Source of the DNA: a virus
Length of the DNA: 64,000 nucleotides
Direction: 5' to 3' (one strand)
Virus record (IMG/VR): IMGVR_UViG_3300006802_000073
Coordinates: 32,001 to 96,000 of that record
The position numbers and the translations under genes were made by a program. Below are positions 48,529 to 57,369 of the stretch, in pieces; the first letter of the stretch is position 1; each line of letters begins with the position of its first letter. The notes beneath the pieces are model-generated. The model did not search any database and was not told the origin of the DNA. It saw only the letters and a program-made list of their open reading frames with translations.

Positions 48529-51140
48529 TCGGCTCCAAAATCTCGTTTGATCATAAACTTCACATAATCGATATCGCCCGAATCATCGATGTATGATAAA
48601 CATTGTTTCAAAATCAACTCGGCAAACTTTATCGTTTCTTTTTCACTCAAACGCCATTCTCCTTCACCATCATACGATAGCATGCCATTGGCGGCTTGAT
48701 AAGCAAGTTCTCTAATTCGTTCGTTCATTTTTCTCTCATTATTAGTCGGTCTTGGTTTTTTTCAAGGCATGTGTCGCAGACAAAAATATTCAAAGTAGAT
48801 CCATCCATTGGATCAAAATAAGTAGAACCATAATGGCCCAAGCTCGAAAAGTGAACAGCACCACTGGGCTGTAGATTTTCATCAAACACTTTTTCTAACT
48901 TTTTATTACAACAAATACAAAACATTTCGCTCTCATCGTGAATTTCATGAAATGTTTTTGATACACTTTCCAAAGAATCTACTAAATCGTTCATCTGTTC
49001 AAATTACATCAACGACCACATCATAGTCTTTTTCATCATTCATTCTTCAACTCCGAAATCAGAAAGAATACCAAAATGATGGCGAATCAGATCGCCAGTG
49101 TCGGGGAGAACAAGACCTCCGAGTGCCTCGGCAAAAAAAACATACCGATCACGATTTGAGTCCGCAATTGAGGCACACTGCTCTACAATCTCCTCAACAA
49201 ACCGAAGAAGCTCACTCTCGGAGAACTCATAATACTGACAAGCCTGTCGTGCAATCTTTCGGCGACTCTGGTTGATCACCATGGGTAGGATCAGATCTTT
49301 ATCCATTACCACCACGTCCTGTGATTTTCCACCACATAATAATTAGTGCCCATCAATTACTCTCCCACGCCCAATTAACAATAACCCAATCGTCGATGCA
49401 GTCCTGTATAGTATAGTTAGCATCAACATGCTCTTTGCCAAACTTTTTACACATCTCGTTATACCAATAAGGCCAATATTCTTTTCTGATATCTTCTTCT
49501 GATTTTGTTTCTACATAATCATCAATACCTGGTTCAGTTATATACTCATTATAAGAATAATATTTCATAGATTCAACTTCCAAAATTCCATTATCTTAGT
49601 TTCTATATCGTCTATTTTATTCTGTTTACAGAATTGAGTCAACAAGTGAGTATCATGATCTTCGGACATTATTGAATTATGAATTGTCAAATATCCAGCC
49701 ATTTGTGCTTGTGCATATGCTTCTGGTCCAAATTCAAAAACACTATATAATGTACCACGATAACTTCTTTGTTCTTCTATTTCCGCTTTGTAGATTCTTC
49801 GACTTACTGCACAAAAGACTTTTAACTGATCTTCTTTGGAAAGTGAATTCCAATATTGTTCTGATTCCTTTTCGATCTCATCGTGAATTTCATGAAATGT
49901 TTTTGATACACTTTCCAAAGAATCTACTAAATCGTTCATCTGTTATGTTTCTCCTTTCAACAAGTCACTTTCGTGGGACACTTTGGATTGTTACACACAT
50001 ATCCATTGACACCACTAATACCACAGACAGGACAACTACCATCCCATTTGAAAGGATTTTGTGGAATCACTGGCTGATTGATAGTCGGATCATTCAAATA
50101 ATCACGAACATCCATTAGCAGACGCATCACCTCTTGATGATCCATCAACTCAGGGTTGAACAAACCACCATTGGCAAGATACTCTGTAATACGATTCAAT
50201 AATTCATAACGATTGATCATACTTCAACTCCGAAATGTTTCTTAATTAAATCAAAAGCCTGACCACGACTGACCATATCACGCAACATAGGGCTTAATGC
50301 TACCCCACATTCCCGAACAATCAACTCGGCGAACTTGTGTATATGATCCATGTGGTGCCCAGGATTCAATTCGTTGGGGTTAGTTTTATACTTGAAACTA
50401 AAAACTTCTAACGCAAGTTCTTTAATTCGTTCGTTCATTTCTCAATCCAATTATAAAAGTTTACAACTTCATCTACACTATTCGCCCAACGATCAAACTC
50501 TTTCAATGGGCAACTTACATCTACATAAAACTCACCAATAGCACCCCACCAACGAAAACGGTATGCCCGCCCTTTATAATGGCTTACAGAACCATACTTG
50601 AAGAAATCACGACCAATATTATGTCCACGCTTCTTCAGAAAGGTCTTGAACTGACTTGGGCTCATTCCCCATAACTGATCACGAGAGGGACGCTTGGCTT
50701 TGTATTTGAATTTCATTCTTCAACTCCGAAATATTCTTTTACCTTCAGTGATGCGTGTTTATAGTAGTTGTGGCGTCCGTAGTCTGGAAACTCGTCGAGC
50801 ATTTTGGCGCATTCCCGAACAATCAACTCAGCGAACTTTTCTAAACATTCTTCATCAGCATGACCGGATAAGAAATAGTGTCGTGGTGTTTCATGTTCCA
50901 CATAGTTCAGCATACCCGAGTCTAACCCAAGTTTAAGAATTCGTTTGTTCATTCTTCAACTCCAAAGTGTTCTAATAGTTCCCTGGCGTGAAATTCGCCA
51001 TCCTTAAATGGCGAGTTGTAATTAACTTTGGCGCATTCCCGAACAATCAACTCGGCGAACTCTTGCTTATCTTCTTCGGTCCAAAGTAGACCGCGAAACC
51101 CATTTTGGGTCTGAATCAGTTCAAAAATTCGTTCGTTCAT
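48525..51140 (-). other. Array of small translationally coupled ORFs including five MNERI/FAELIVREC/HFGVEE paralogues
   Basis: 48525..48728, 49040..49315, 50217..50438, 50713..50952, 50949..51140 share DNA modules; promoter at 51167..51195. Confidence 0.8.
48931..49944. repeat. Exact 69-bp direct repeat (48931..48999 and 49876..49944)
   Basis: Encodes the identical N-terminus MNDLVDSLESVSKTFHEIHDE of two otherwise unrelated ORFs. Confidence 0.9.
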
Positions 51141-51594
51141 AACAATTCCTTATTCAATATATTAATATTATACAAGCATTTTACTTAAATGTCAAGTCTT
51201 AAATAATGGAAGTGCTTTTTCATAAAACTCATTAACATTCAATTCTGGAAACTTCATTAAAGCATTATTCCATCTCCATTGTATGGTATCCCAATGTTCT
51301 AATACTCTATCTCTATTAATTCTAAAAACACCTAAATTTGTGTTGAAATGAACATGCTGAACTAAACACATAAAATTGATCTCTACCATTCGTTTGTTCC
51401 TACAACATTCGTAGTCACAGTCACAAGCTCATCCTTAATTCTATAAGGAAATTCAATATCGAGAGTGTAAGCTATACCACTTGTATCATGTTTGATGATT
51501 GTAAAACTGTCTACTTCATATTTGTCCAGTTTTTCCACCAAACATCTAATATCATTTCTATTAAGAATCATTCTCATTTTAATTCCTCACATAA

Positions 51595-51672
51595 TGGCAC
51601 GGCTGGAGGGACTCGAACCCCCGACCCCGAGCTTAGAAGGCTCGTGCTACTTTCCAACTGAGCTACAGCCGT
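51595..51672 (-). tRNA. tRNA-Arg(TCT)
   Basis: Cloverleaf; CGAGC-CT-TCT-AA-GCTCG; GTTCGAG; encoded CCA. Confidence 0.9.
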
Positions 51673-51719
51673 ATTATATCCAAATAGTAACATATTTTGA
51701 CGGTGGTGTCAAGAAATTT

Positions 51720-52481
51720 TTAAACTTTTCTTTCTATATCTTCTTCTATACAATCTTCACCAAATTGAATTTCTATAACTTTAAGTGGAATATCTTGTGA
51801 TGTATTACGAAGTTTATGCCATGTCCCCACCGCAATATTAATAAAAGAATGTGGATAAAGATATACAGATTTAAAATTATTTTCTGTCTCTAAATCTACA
51901 CAACCAACACCTGAAACAATATGCCAATATTCACTACGTTTAAAATGCCTTTGCATAGATAGTGAACATTGAGGATTCACTACTAATTCTTTTGTCTTGG
52001 TTCCTGGCTGAGAATCTAATACACGATAATAACCCCAATCTCTAAATGTTTTTGGATTTTTCCATTCTTCTAGAATCCAGCTCGAGGAATTTCGTTTGTT
52101 TTCTCCTCCAACTCCAAAAACAAATTCTAAGTTATTATCCTGTATATCCATTTCCGGAATATTATCTTTTGTACGATCTCCTCCATTTACAAAAATGATT
52201 TTATCTTGTGGATAAGATTGTCTTACCATATGAATTACATTTTTCGCTGAGTTATCAGAATCATCAAATCCAATAACATAACCGGTACAACTTAAACCTT
52301 TAAGAACTGCCTGTCGTTCTAAAAACGGCATAAAAGAACGACCTTTTTTTCTAGTTAACCAAGCATCAGAATTTAAACCGATGATTAATCTGTCACCTAG
52401 TTGTCTTGCAGCTTCAAGATATTTTATATGACCAGAATGTAAAGGATCAAATCCACCAGTTGCAATTACAATAGTATTCAT
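51720..52481 (-). CDS. Cytidyltransferase fused to a mannose-6-phosphate-isomerase-type cupin
   Basis: GGFDPLHSGH, NGGDR; RDWGYY...LSMQRH...SEYW...EDIER. Confidence 0.85.
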   Translation of the reverse strand: MNTIVIATGGFDPLHSGHIKYLEAARQLGDRLIIGLNSDAWLTRKKGRSFMPFLERQAVLKGLSCTGYVIGFDDSDNSAKNVIHMVRQSYPQDKIIFVNGGDRTKDNIPEMDIQDNNLEFVFGVGGENKRNSSSWILEEWKNPKTFRDWGYYRVLDSQPGTKTKELVVNPQCSLSMQRHFKRSEYWHIVSGVGCVDLETENNFKSVYLYPHSFINIAVGTWHKLRNTSQDIPLKVIEIQFGEDCIEEDIERKV

Positions 52482-52957
52482 ACTAAGATCCTTTCTTCTT
52501 TTTTGTTATTTTTTTAGATGCTTGTTTTCTTTTAATTACAGGTTTCTTAGTTTCTACAGGTAGTACAGGTTTAATGATTGGATGTAGTTGGTTTTTAATT
52601 TGAGTTTCTACGTTAGCGATTTCTTGTACTGAAATTTTATTTTTAAACAGTAAAAAGTGATATTTTACTTTCATTAAACGTAAATATTGAATCTCCTCAA
52701 TCATTTCTTCTAATGTAAGAGAGAACCCATAATCATCAGTCCATAAGATTTCTTTATTTTTCTTCATCGTTAATTAAACACTCTTCTGTTGATAATATAT
52801 CTTGATACTCGTTTTTTAGTATTTGTTCTTCATATGTTGTTTCTTTTTTGCGAAAGATTCTATCATAATTGTTTCTATATGCATCAGTTACTGTTTTTGT
52901 TTTTATTTCATCGCCAGTTATATCATTTTTTGTTGCCATATACTGACCTTTTAAATT

Positions 52958-53042
52958 TGGTGCGCGGAGCGGGATTCGAACCCGCAAGGCCTTAAGCCGT
53001 CAGATTTTAAGTCTGATGTGTAAACCGTTCCACCACCCGCGC
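52958..53042 (-). tRNA. tRNA-Leu(TAA)
   Basis: TCAGA-CT-TAA-AA-TCTGA; long variable arm; CCA. Confidence 0.92.
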
Positions 53043-53073
53043 TTGTAAAAAATTATTTATTTTTACCTCTTTT

Positions 53074-53149
53074 TGGTCTCTCTGCCTGGATTTGAACCAG
53101 GACCTCTACGTCCCAAACGTAGAACGCTACCGGATTACGCCACAGAGAG
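53074..53149 (-). tRNA. tRNA-Pro(TGG)
   Basis: CTACG-TT-TGG-GA-CGTAG; CCA. Confidence 0.9.
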
Positions 53150-53164
53150 TTTTCTGAGTTATCG

Positions 53165-53432
53165 AGTATAAGTGCTTCTTTCCCGCGGCGGTAACTATAG
53201 CGCATCAGAAACCGCGTAGTCGCAATCCCATCACGCACGCCCCATCCGCTTCACGACCGGGAAAGATTTTCGCATTGCCAGCGTCAGTTAGGTTGGACTG
53301 CGGTTTTCACCGGAGCAGATTCTCCATTCCCATTACTAGGAGTAGGCACTTGCTCAAACCACCCGTAGGTATCATCCTACTTCTCATCGTGCGGGTCACA
53401 CTAGCTGTTGATTAGACAGCACGTTCGTCTAT
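53165..53432 (-). ncRNA. Putative ~270-nt structured non-coding RNA of unknown class
   Basis: GC-rich island with many complementary stems, inside the tRNA cluster. Confidence 0.7.
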
Positions 53433-53579
53433 AACAATTCTATTTCCAAAAGAATCCTATAATAAATCCTGTTATTTTTAATAACTTTCTTTTAATCTTA
53501 CGTCTAAATAATGATCCTAAATCTCTACTACGTTGAAATTCTTTTCTTAATAAACTATTCATATATTCAAATAAAATTT

Positions 53580-53755
53580 TGGTGGGTTCACTTGGGATTG
53601 AACCAGTGACCCAGTTGAACCTTCTTTACTGGTGCCCCGTCAGAGACTTGAACTCTGCCTTATCCGTTATGAGCGGATTACTCTCGACCAGGTGAGTTAC
53701 CAGGGCATTATTTTTAATTCTTGAGTCCGCTGCTTTACCATTAAGCTATAGACCC
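53580..53755 (-). pseudogene. tRNA half-fragments flanking the CAT tRNA
   Basis: 5' half GGGTCTATAGCTTAATGGTAAAGCAGCGGACTCA (53755..53722); 3' T-arm/acceptor fragment ending ACCA (53621..53580). Confidence 0.55.
53630..53706 (-). tRNA. tRNA with CAT anticodon (Met or Ile2)
   Basis: ATCCG-CT-CAT-AA-CGGAT; GTTCAAG; CCA. Confidence 0.8.
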
Positions 53756-53765
53756 GATAAATCTA

Positions 53766-54101
53766 TTATAACAGAATTTTCTTAGCTTTGTCAAGTGTTA
53801 TCTTTAAGTTATAATCTTTTACAAGATACTTTGCAAAAAGAGTTCTTCTATTAGCAGGGCAATGTTTTAATTGTTCTTTATATGCTTCTACTTCACAATT
53901 AAGTCTATACTTTTCACTAAAAAGATACATAATACCATGAAAAAGAGGATTTTTCCACCATTGCTTAACATGAATCTTTTCATGCTCTAATAGTCCAATG
54001 TCATCTTTATATTCTGGACGAATGAAGATAAAAGGTCCTCTTGTAGTACCAGCAGAATTTTTCAAAACAAATAAATTTGTGTAAAAAACTTTATAAAACA
54101 C
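53766..54101 (-). CDS. HExxH hypothetical protein
   Basis: LLEHEKIHVKQW...EVEAY. Confidence 0.55.
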   Translation of the reverse strand: MFYKVFYTNLFVLKNSAGTTRGPFIFIRPEYKDDIGLLEHEKIHVKQWWKNPLFHGIMYLFSEKYRLNCEVEAYKEQLKHCPANRRTLFAKYLVKDYNLKITLDKAKKILL

Positions 54102-54116
54102 AATTAATCTCCTTGT

Positions 54117-54680
54117 TTAAAATAATGTTTCTTCTCTATTAAAAAATGTTGGTGAACGTACAAATTTAAATGTTTCTACAGATTCACTAAATTCAAAAGA
54201 TCTATGCCCCCTCATTGCAGTATGAAATTCTCCTGCTCTATTAGCATGGAATGTTCCAACATCATGAATTTTATTCAATCCTGGAAATCCGTCTTTTCTT
54301 GTTCCATGCAACTTTGCGTTTAAATCTGTTGATGATTTATGAAGAATGGAATCTTGATTATAATGTTTTCCATGTTTTTTCAAAAAAGACAATAACTCCC
54401 CTTTATCATCACCTTTCTTACCGATAACTAGAAAAGAATCTTCATCTACTGCTTTTGCATTTTTGGTGCCATGGTTCTCTATGTATCGACCTTTTACTTT
54501 AATAAAACCATAACCTGCTGTTTTTATATGATTTTCCAATTCTTTGTTATTAGATTGATTTTCTTTAGAAGTATTCTCACCTCTATGTGCAGTTATCATA
54601 CCTATATTTCTGTTTTTAACATGAGAATTTACACGAGATAAACTCGATTCATGTAAAAGATCTGCTACTTTTTTAGTCAT
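54117..54680 (-). CDS. Conserved T4-like hypothetical protein
   Basis: ESSLSR...GMITAHR...YNQDSIL. Confidence 0.65.
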   Translation of the reverse strand: MTKKVADLLHESSLSRVNSHVKNRNIGMITAHRGENTSKENQSNNKELENHIKTAGYGFIKVKGRYIENHGTKNAKAVDEDSFLVIGKKGDDKGELLSFLKKHGKHYNQDSILHKSSTDLNAKLHGTRKDGFPGLNKIHDVGTFHANRAGEFHTAMRGHRSFEFSESVETFKFVRSPTFFNREETLF

Positions 54681-54696
54681 TTAAATTCCTTTAAAA

Positions 54697-54771
54697 TGGT
54701 GCTCCCAGACCGACTTGCACGATCCTCACTGGGTTACAAATCCAGGTCAGCGCTTTCTCTGAGTTAGGAGC
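54697..54771 (-). tRNA. Atypical tRNA-Thr(TGT)
   Basis: Acceptor GCTCCTA/TGGGAGC, anticodon loop TT-TGT-AA, CCA; non-canonical D and T loops. Confidence 0.6.
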
Positions 54772-54778
54772 TATATAT

Positions 54779-55204
54779 CTATATATATTCGTAATTAACT
54801 GTTGTCTCATTATCTTTTAATAAAATAGCACCATTTCTTAAATGAAATCTCTTCGCCAGCTCAGTTTTTGGACTCAAAGTTACAAATCTATTCACCGATG
54901 GAAATTGTTCATGTATAAAGTTTATAGTTTCAAATAATAATTTCCTCGCAGCTCCCGGTACATAACTCCATATAGTATAAAATACTGCTGTAGTTTCTTC
55001 TTCATCCGCCTCTAATTCTTCTACAGTCACAGGAACATGATTCAATAAACTCACACATACTATAGCAGATGGGGTTTCTTCACCCAATACACATACAAAT
55101 CTATGTTTACTTACTCTAAAATCTTTTGAAATTTCTGGGCGAACAGGATCATCTTTTATATATTCCATAAAAGGGTTTTCTATATTTTTAATAATAGTAA
55201 TCAT
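54779..55204 (-). CDS. GNAT-like hypothetical protein
   Basis: DDPVRP...FYTIWSY..GA...TLSP.T..A.RFHLRNGA. Confidence 0.55.
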   Translation of the reverse strand: MITIIKNIENPFMEYIKDDPVRPEISKDFRVSKHRFVCVLGEETPSAIVCVSLLNHVPVTVEELEADEEETTAVFYTIWSYVPGAARKLLFETINFIHEQFPSVNRFVTLSPKTELAKRFHLRNGAILLKDNETTVNYEYI

Positions 55205-55221
55205 ACTATTATTTATATTTT

Positions 55222-55788
55222 TTACGTACTTTTTTGTTTAGATCTTGAATAATCTGGTAAAAAATCTGAAAGAAATTTCATCTGATCATGCAATATACTT
55301 CTATTCTGTAATATTAATCCTTCAGCTCTATCAGGAGTATATGGTATATATAATAATTGCATATTGCATTCTTCTAATAACATATCATCTTTATAAGAAT
55401 TGCATCGAGTACATGCAGTAACACAATTTGTCCAAGTATTAAGTCCACCTCTTGAAACCGGAACAATATGATCTTTTGTTAATCTGTTATCAGAATACTT
55501 TTTTCCGCAATAAGCACACAGATAAAGATCTCTTCTAAAAAGATTTCTATTACTTAATGTAGGAGTTCTACCTTTATAATAAAAATTAGTTTTAAGTGCA
55601 ATGATAGATGATATCTCAATTTTTGATTGAAGACCTGTTATTCTAGAAATTCCACCTCTAAACATAAAGTCTTTATCACCATATTCCCATGCAATCAAAC
55701 CTTTACATTTTAAAATAACTGCATCTTGCCATGGTAACCATGTATGAGGATATCCTCCTTTATTCAAAGCTAAAATGAGATTTTGCAT
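55222..55788 (-). CDS. HNH endonuclease
   Basis: RRDLYLCAYCG...DHIVP.SRGG..W.NCVTAC..CN. Confidence 0.9.
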   Translation of the reverse strand: MQNLILALNKGGYPHTWLPWQDAVILKCKGLIAWEYGDKDFMFRGGISRITGLQSKIEISSIIALKTNFYYKGRTPTLSNRNLFRRDLYLCAYCGKKYSDNRLTKDHIVPVSRGGLNTWTNCVTACTRCNSYKDDMLLEECNMQLLYIPYTPDRAEGLILQNRSILHDQMKFLSDFLPDYSRSKQKST

Positions 55789-55806
55789 CTTCTTTTTCTA
55801 TAAAAT

Positions 55807-55901
55807 TGGTCCTCCCAGTAGGATTCGAACCTACGACCTCACGCCTATCTAGCGCTAATACTGGGTATAAACCAGCTGCTCTACCGCTGAGCTATAGGAG
55901 G
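55807..55901 (-). tRNA. tRNA-Ile(TAT) with an extended variable region
   Basis: GCTGG-TT-TAT-AC-CCAGT; canonical D/T arms; 95 nt; promoter at 55921..55948. Confidence 0.75.
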
Positions 55902-55966
55902 GATTAATTAATTCTCTATCATTATATATGATCTAGCAAAAATGTCAAGAACAAATTTAACTTTTT

Positions 55967-55989
55967 AAAACCCCCCTTTGCAGGGGGTT
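55967..55989 (-). terminator. Rho-independent terminator after hsp20
   Basis: AACCCCC/GGGGGTT stem followed by Ts. Confidence 0.7.
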
Positions 55990-55996
55990 CTAGAAA

Positions 55997-56449
55997 TTAT
56001 TCAGTTAAAAATTCTTTTACATTTTCCTGTTTTCCGATTGAAACTGTTCTACGTTTCTTTGTTTCGGGGAGTTTACGAAAGAGTTTAATTTCTAAAATAC
56101 CATTTACAATATCTGCAGATTCAATCTCAACATAATCTGCTAATGTAAATTCTCGAGTGAAGTTTCTATTAGCAATACCTTTATAAACAAAGTTAGCTTC
56201 TTCTTGTTTACCGGTTCCGTTGACTGTTAACTTATTTTCGATAACTGTAATCTCAAGATCTTGAGAAGAAAATCCAGCACATGCGATCTCGATTACAAAT
56301 GTATCTTCATTAAGTTTTTTGATATTGTATGGAGGATAAGATGAATTTTTTGAAAATTCTTCAGAAATTTTTGTTGCTGTATTCAGAATATCATCAAAAC
56401 CCACAAAATGTCGTGGAAAGATTGTTTCAAATTTCATTTCTTTAAACAT
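55997..56449 (-). CDS. hsp20: Small heat-shock protein (Hsp20/IbpA-like)
   Basis: YPPYNI, IACAGF, GIANRNFTREF, NGIL; start moved to ATG 56449 after GGAGAG. Confidence 0.93.
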   Translation of the reverse strand: MFKEMKFETIFPRHFVGFDDILNTATKISEEFSKNSSYPPYNIKKLNEDTFVIEIACAGFSSQDLEITVIENKLTVNGTGKQEEANFVYKGIANRNFTREFTLADYVEIESADIVNGILEIKLFRKLPETKKRRTVSIGKQENVKEFLTE

Positions 56450-56531
56450 ATATGCTCTCCTTGTTATAAGCAAGATTTAAAAAAGTACCTACCCCGAAGG
56501 CATAGGTACTATTATTTATGACACAGAAATG

Positions 56532-56966
56532 TTATTTTTGTTTTACTTTTTTACCAAGATTGTACTTTTGGACACAATTCCATTCATTTTTTTCTTTAAA
56601 TGAAAGAATTTTGATTTGAGCCAATGGTGCCACATCATTATAATCATCGGGATTAGTAATAGATAATAAAGCCCAATCTTGTAGTAATTTTGCTATTGTA
56701 TTTCTTCTTTGTAAATCATTCTCTGAGATATCAGAGAATTTTCCATCTAAAGCGAATAGTTCCTTAAAATGTACTAAAAAGTATCTGCCCTGTTTATGTA
56801 AAATATGAACTGATTGATATAATGTTTTATCTTTCTTTGATGCCACACCGATTCTAGATAAAGTCTCTTTTACTTTTAAAAAATCATCAGGCTGTGCCAG
56901 TTTAATCTCTAGAGGCTTATATCCAGGTAGTTTGACGTTAAATGAAATATTAGTTGCTTCATTCAT
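56532..56966 (-). CDS. regA: Translational repressor RegA
   Basis: DDFLKVKETLSRIG...HILHKQGRY..VHFKELF. Confidence 0.96.
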   Translation of the reverse strand: MNEATNISFNVKLPGYKPLEIKLAQPDDFLKVKETLSRIGVASKKDKTLYQSVHILHKQGRYFLVHFKELFALDGKFSDISENDLQRRNTIAKLLQDWALLSITNPDDYNDVAPLAQIKILSFKEKNEWNCVQKYNLGKKVKQK

Positions 56967-57369
56967 TTTTTAATCCACCTTTTCTAAGTCGTTCCTTCAT
57001 TAGTTTAATACAATCTGGCGAAAGAATAGAGCAAACCTGATGAGCCTTTTCAGTACTATACCCATAGTATGCTTTTATTACTTCAATCGCTTCTACTTTT
57101 TCACCCTTTAGCCATTTATTATAACGCTTCTTGGGCTTAATTATATTTATAAGAAAATCATATTGAAGTTTTTTTGGCAAATGTGGTCTAGAATTCATTT
57201 CATTACAACATATAACAGTATCAGCACCAAAACTTAAAGCTTTGTTAACAATAAATGGATTGTATTGTTTCTCGGCCCATTCATCAATCATAAGATCTTC
57301 TTTAGAATGATGAATACTATTCACAAAATCAAAAGGTGATATAGAAGGGAGTTTATATTCCTCAGTCAT
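56959..57369 (-). CDS. 62: Clamp loader small subunit (gp62)
   Basis: YNPFIVNKALS...QYDF...YYGYS; synteny. Confidence 0.9.
   Translation of the reverse strand: MTEEYKLPSISPFDFVNSIHHSKEDLMIDEWAEKQYNPFIVNKALSFGADTVICCNEMNSRPHLPKKLQYDFLINIIKPKKRYNKWLKGEKVEAIEVIKAYYGYSTEKAHQVCSILSPDCIKLMKERLRKGGLKNE

Noticed and set aside
49672-50118. 148-aa plus-strand ORF and the other plus-strand ORFs in the track (except 44133..44405)
   Set aside because: Antisense to well-supported minus-strand genes; no RBS or motifs
48525-51140. Repeats as CRISPR, integron or DGR
   Set aside because: Repeats are coding and irregularly spaced; no cas operon, integrase, attC palindromes, reverse transcriptase or adenine-specific variation in this window
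53053-53238. 61-aa ORF and the N-terminal extension of 52754..52987
   Set aside because: They overlap tRNA-Pro, tRNA-Leu and the structured RNA; 52754 probably starts at MATKND
53165-53432. Call as tmRNA, RNase P RNA or group I intron
   Set aside because: No T-arm/CCA end, no P1-P3 context or exact conserved regions, no interrupted host gene; left unclassified
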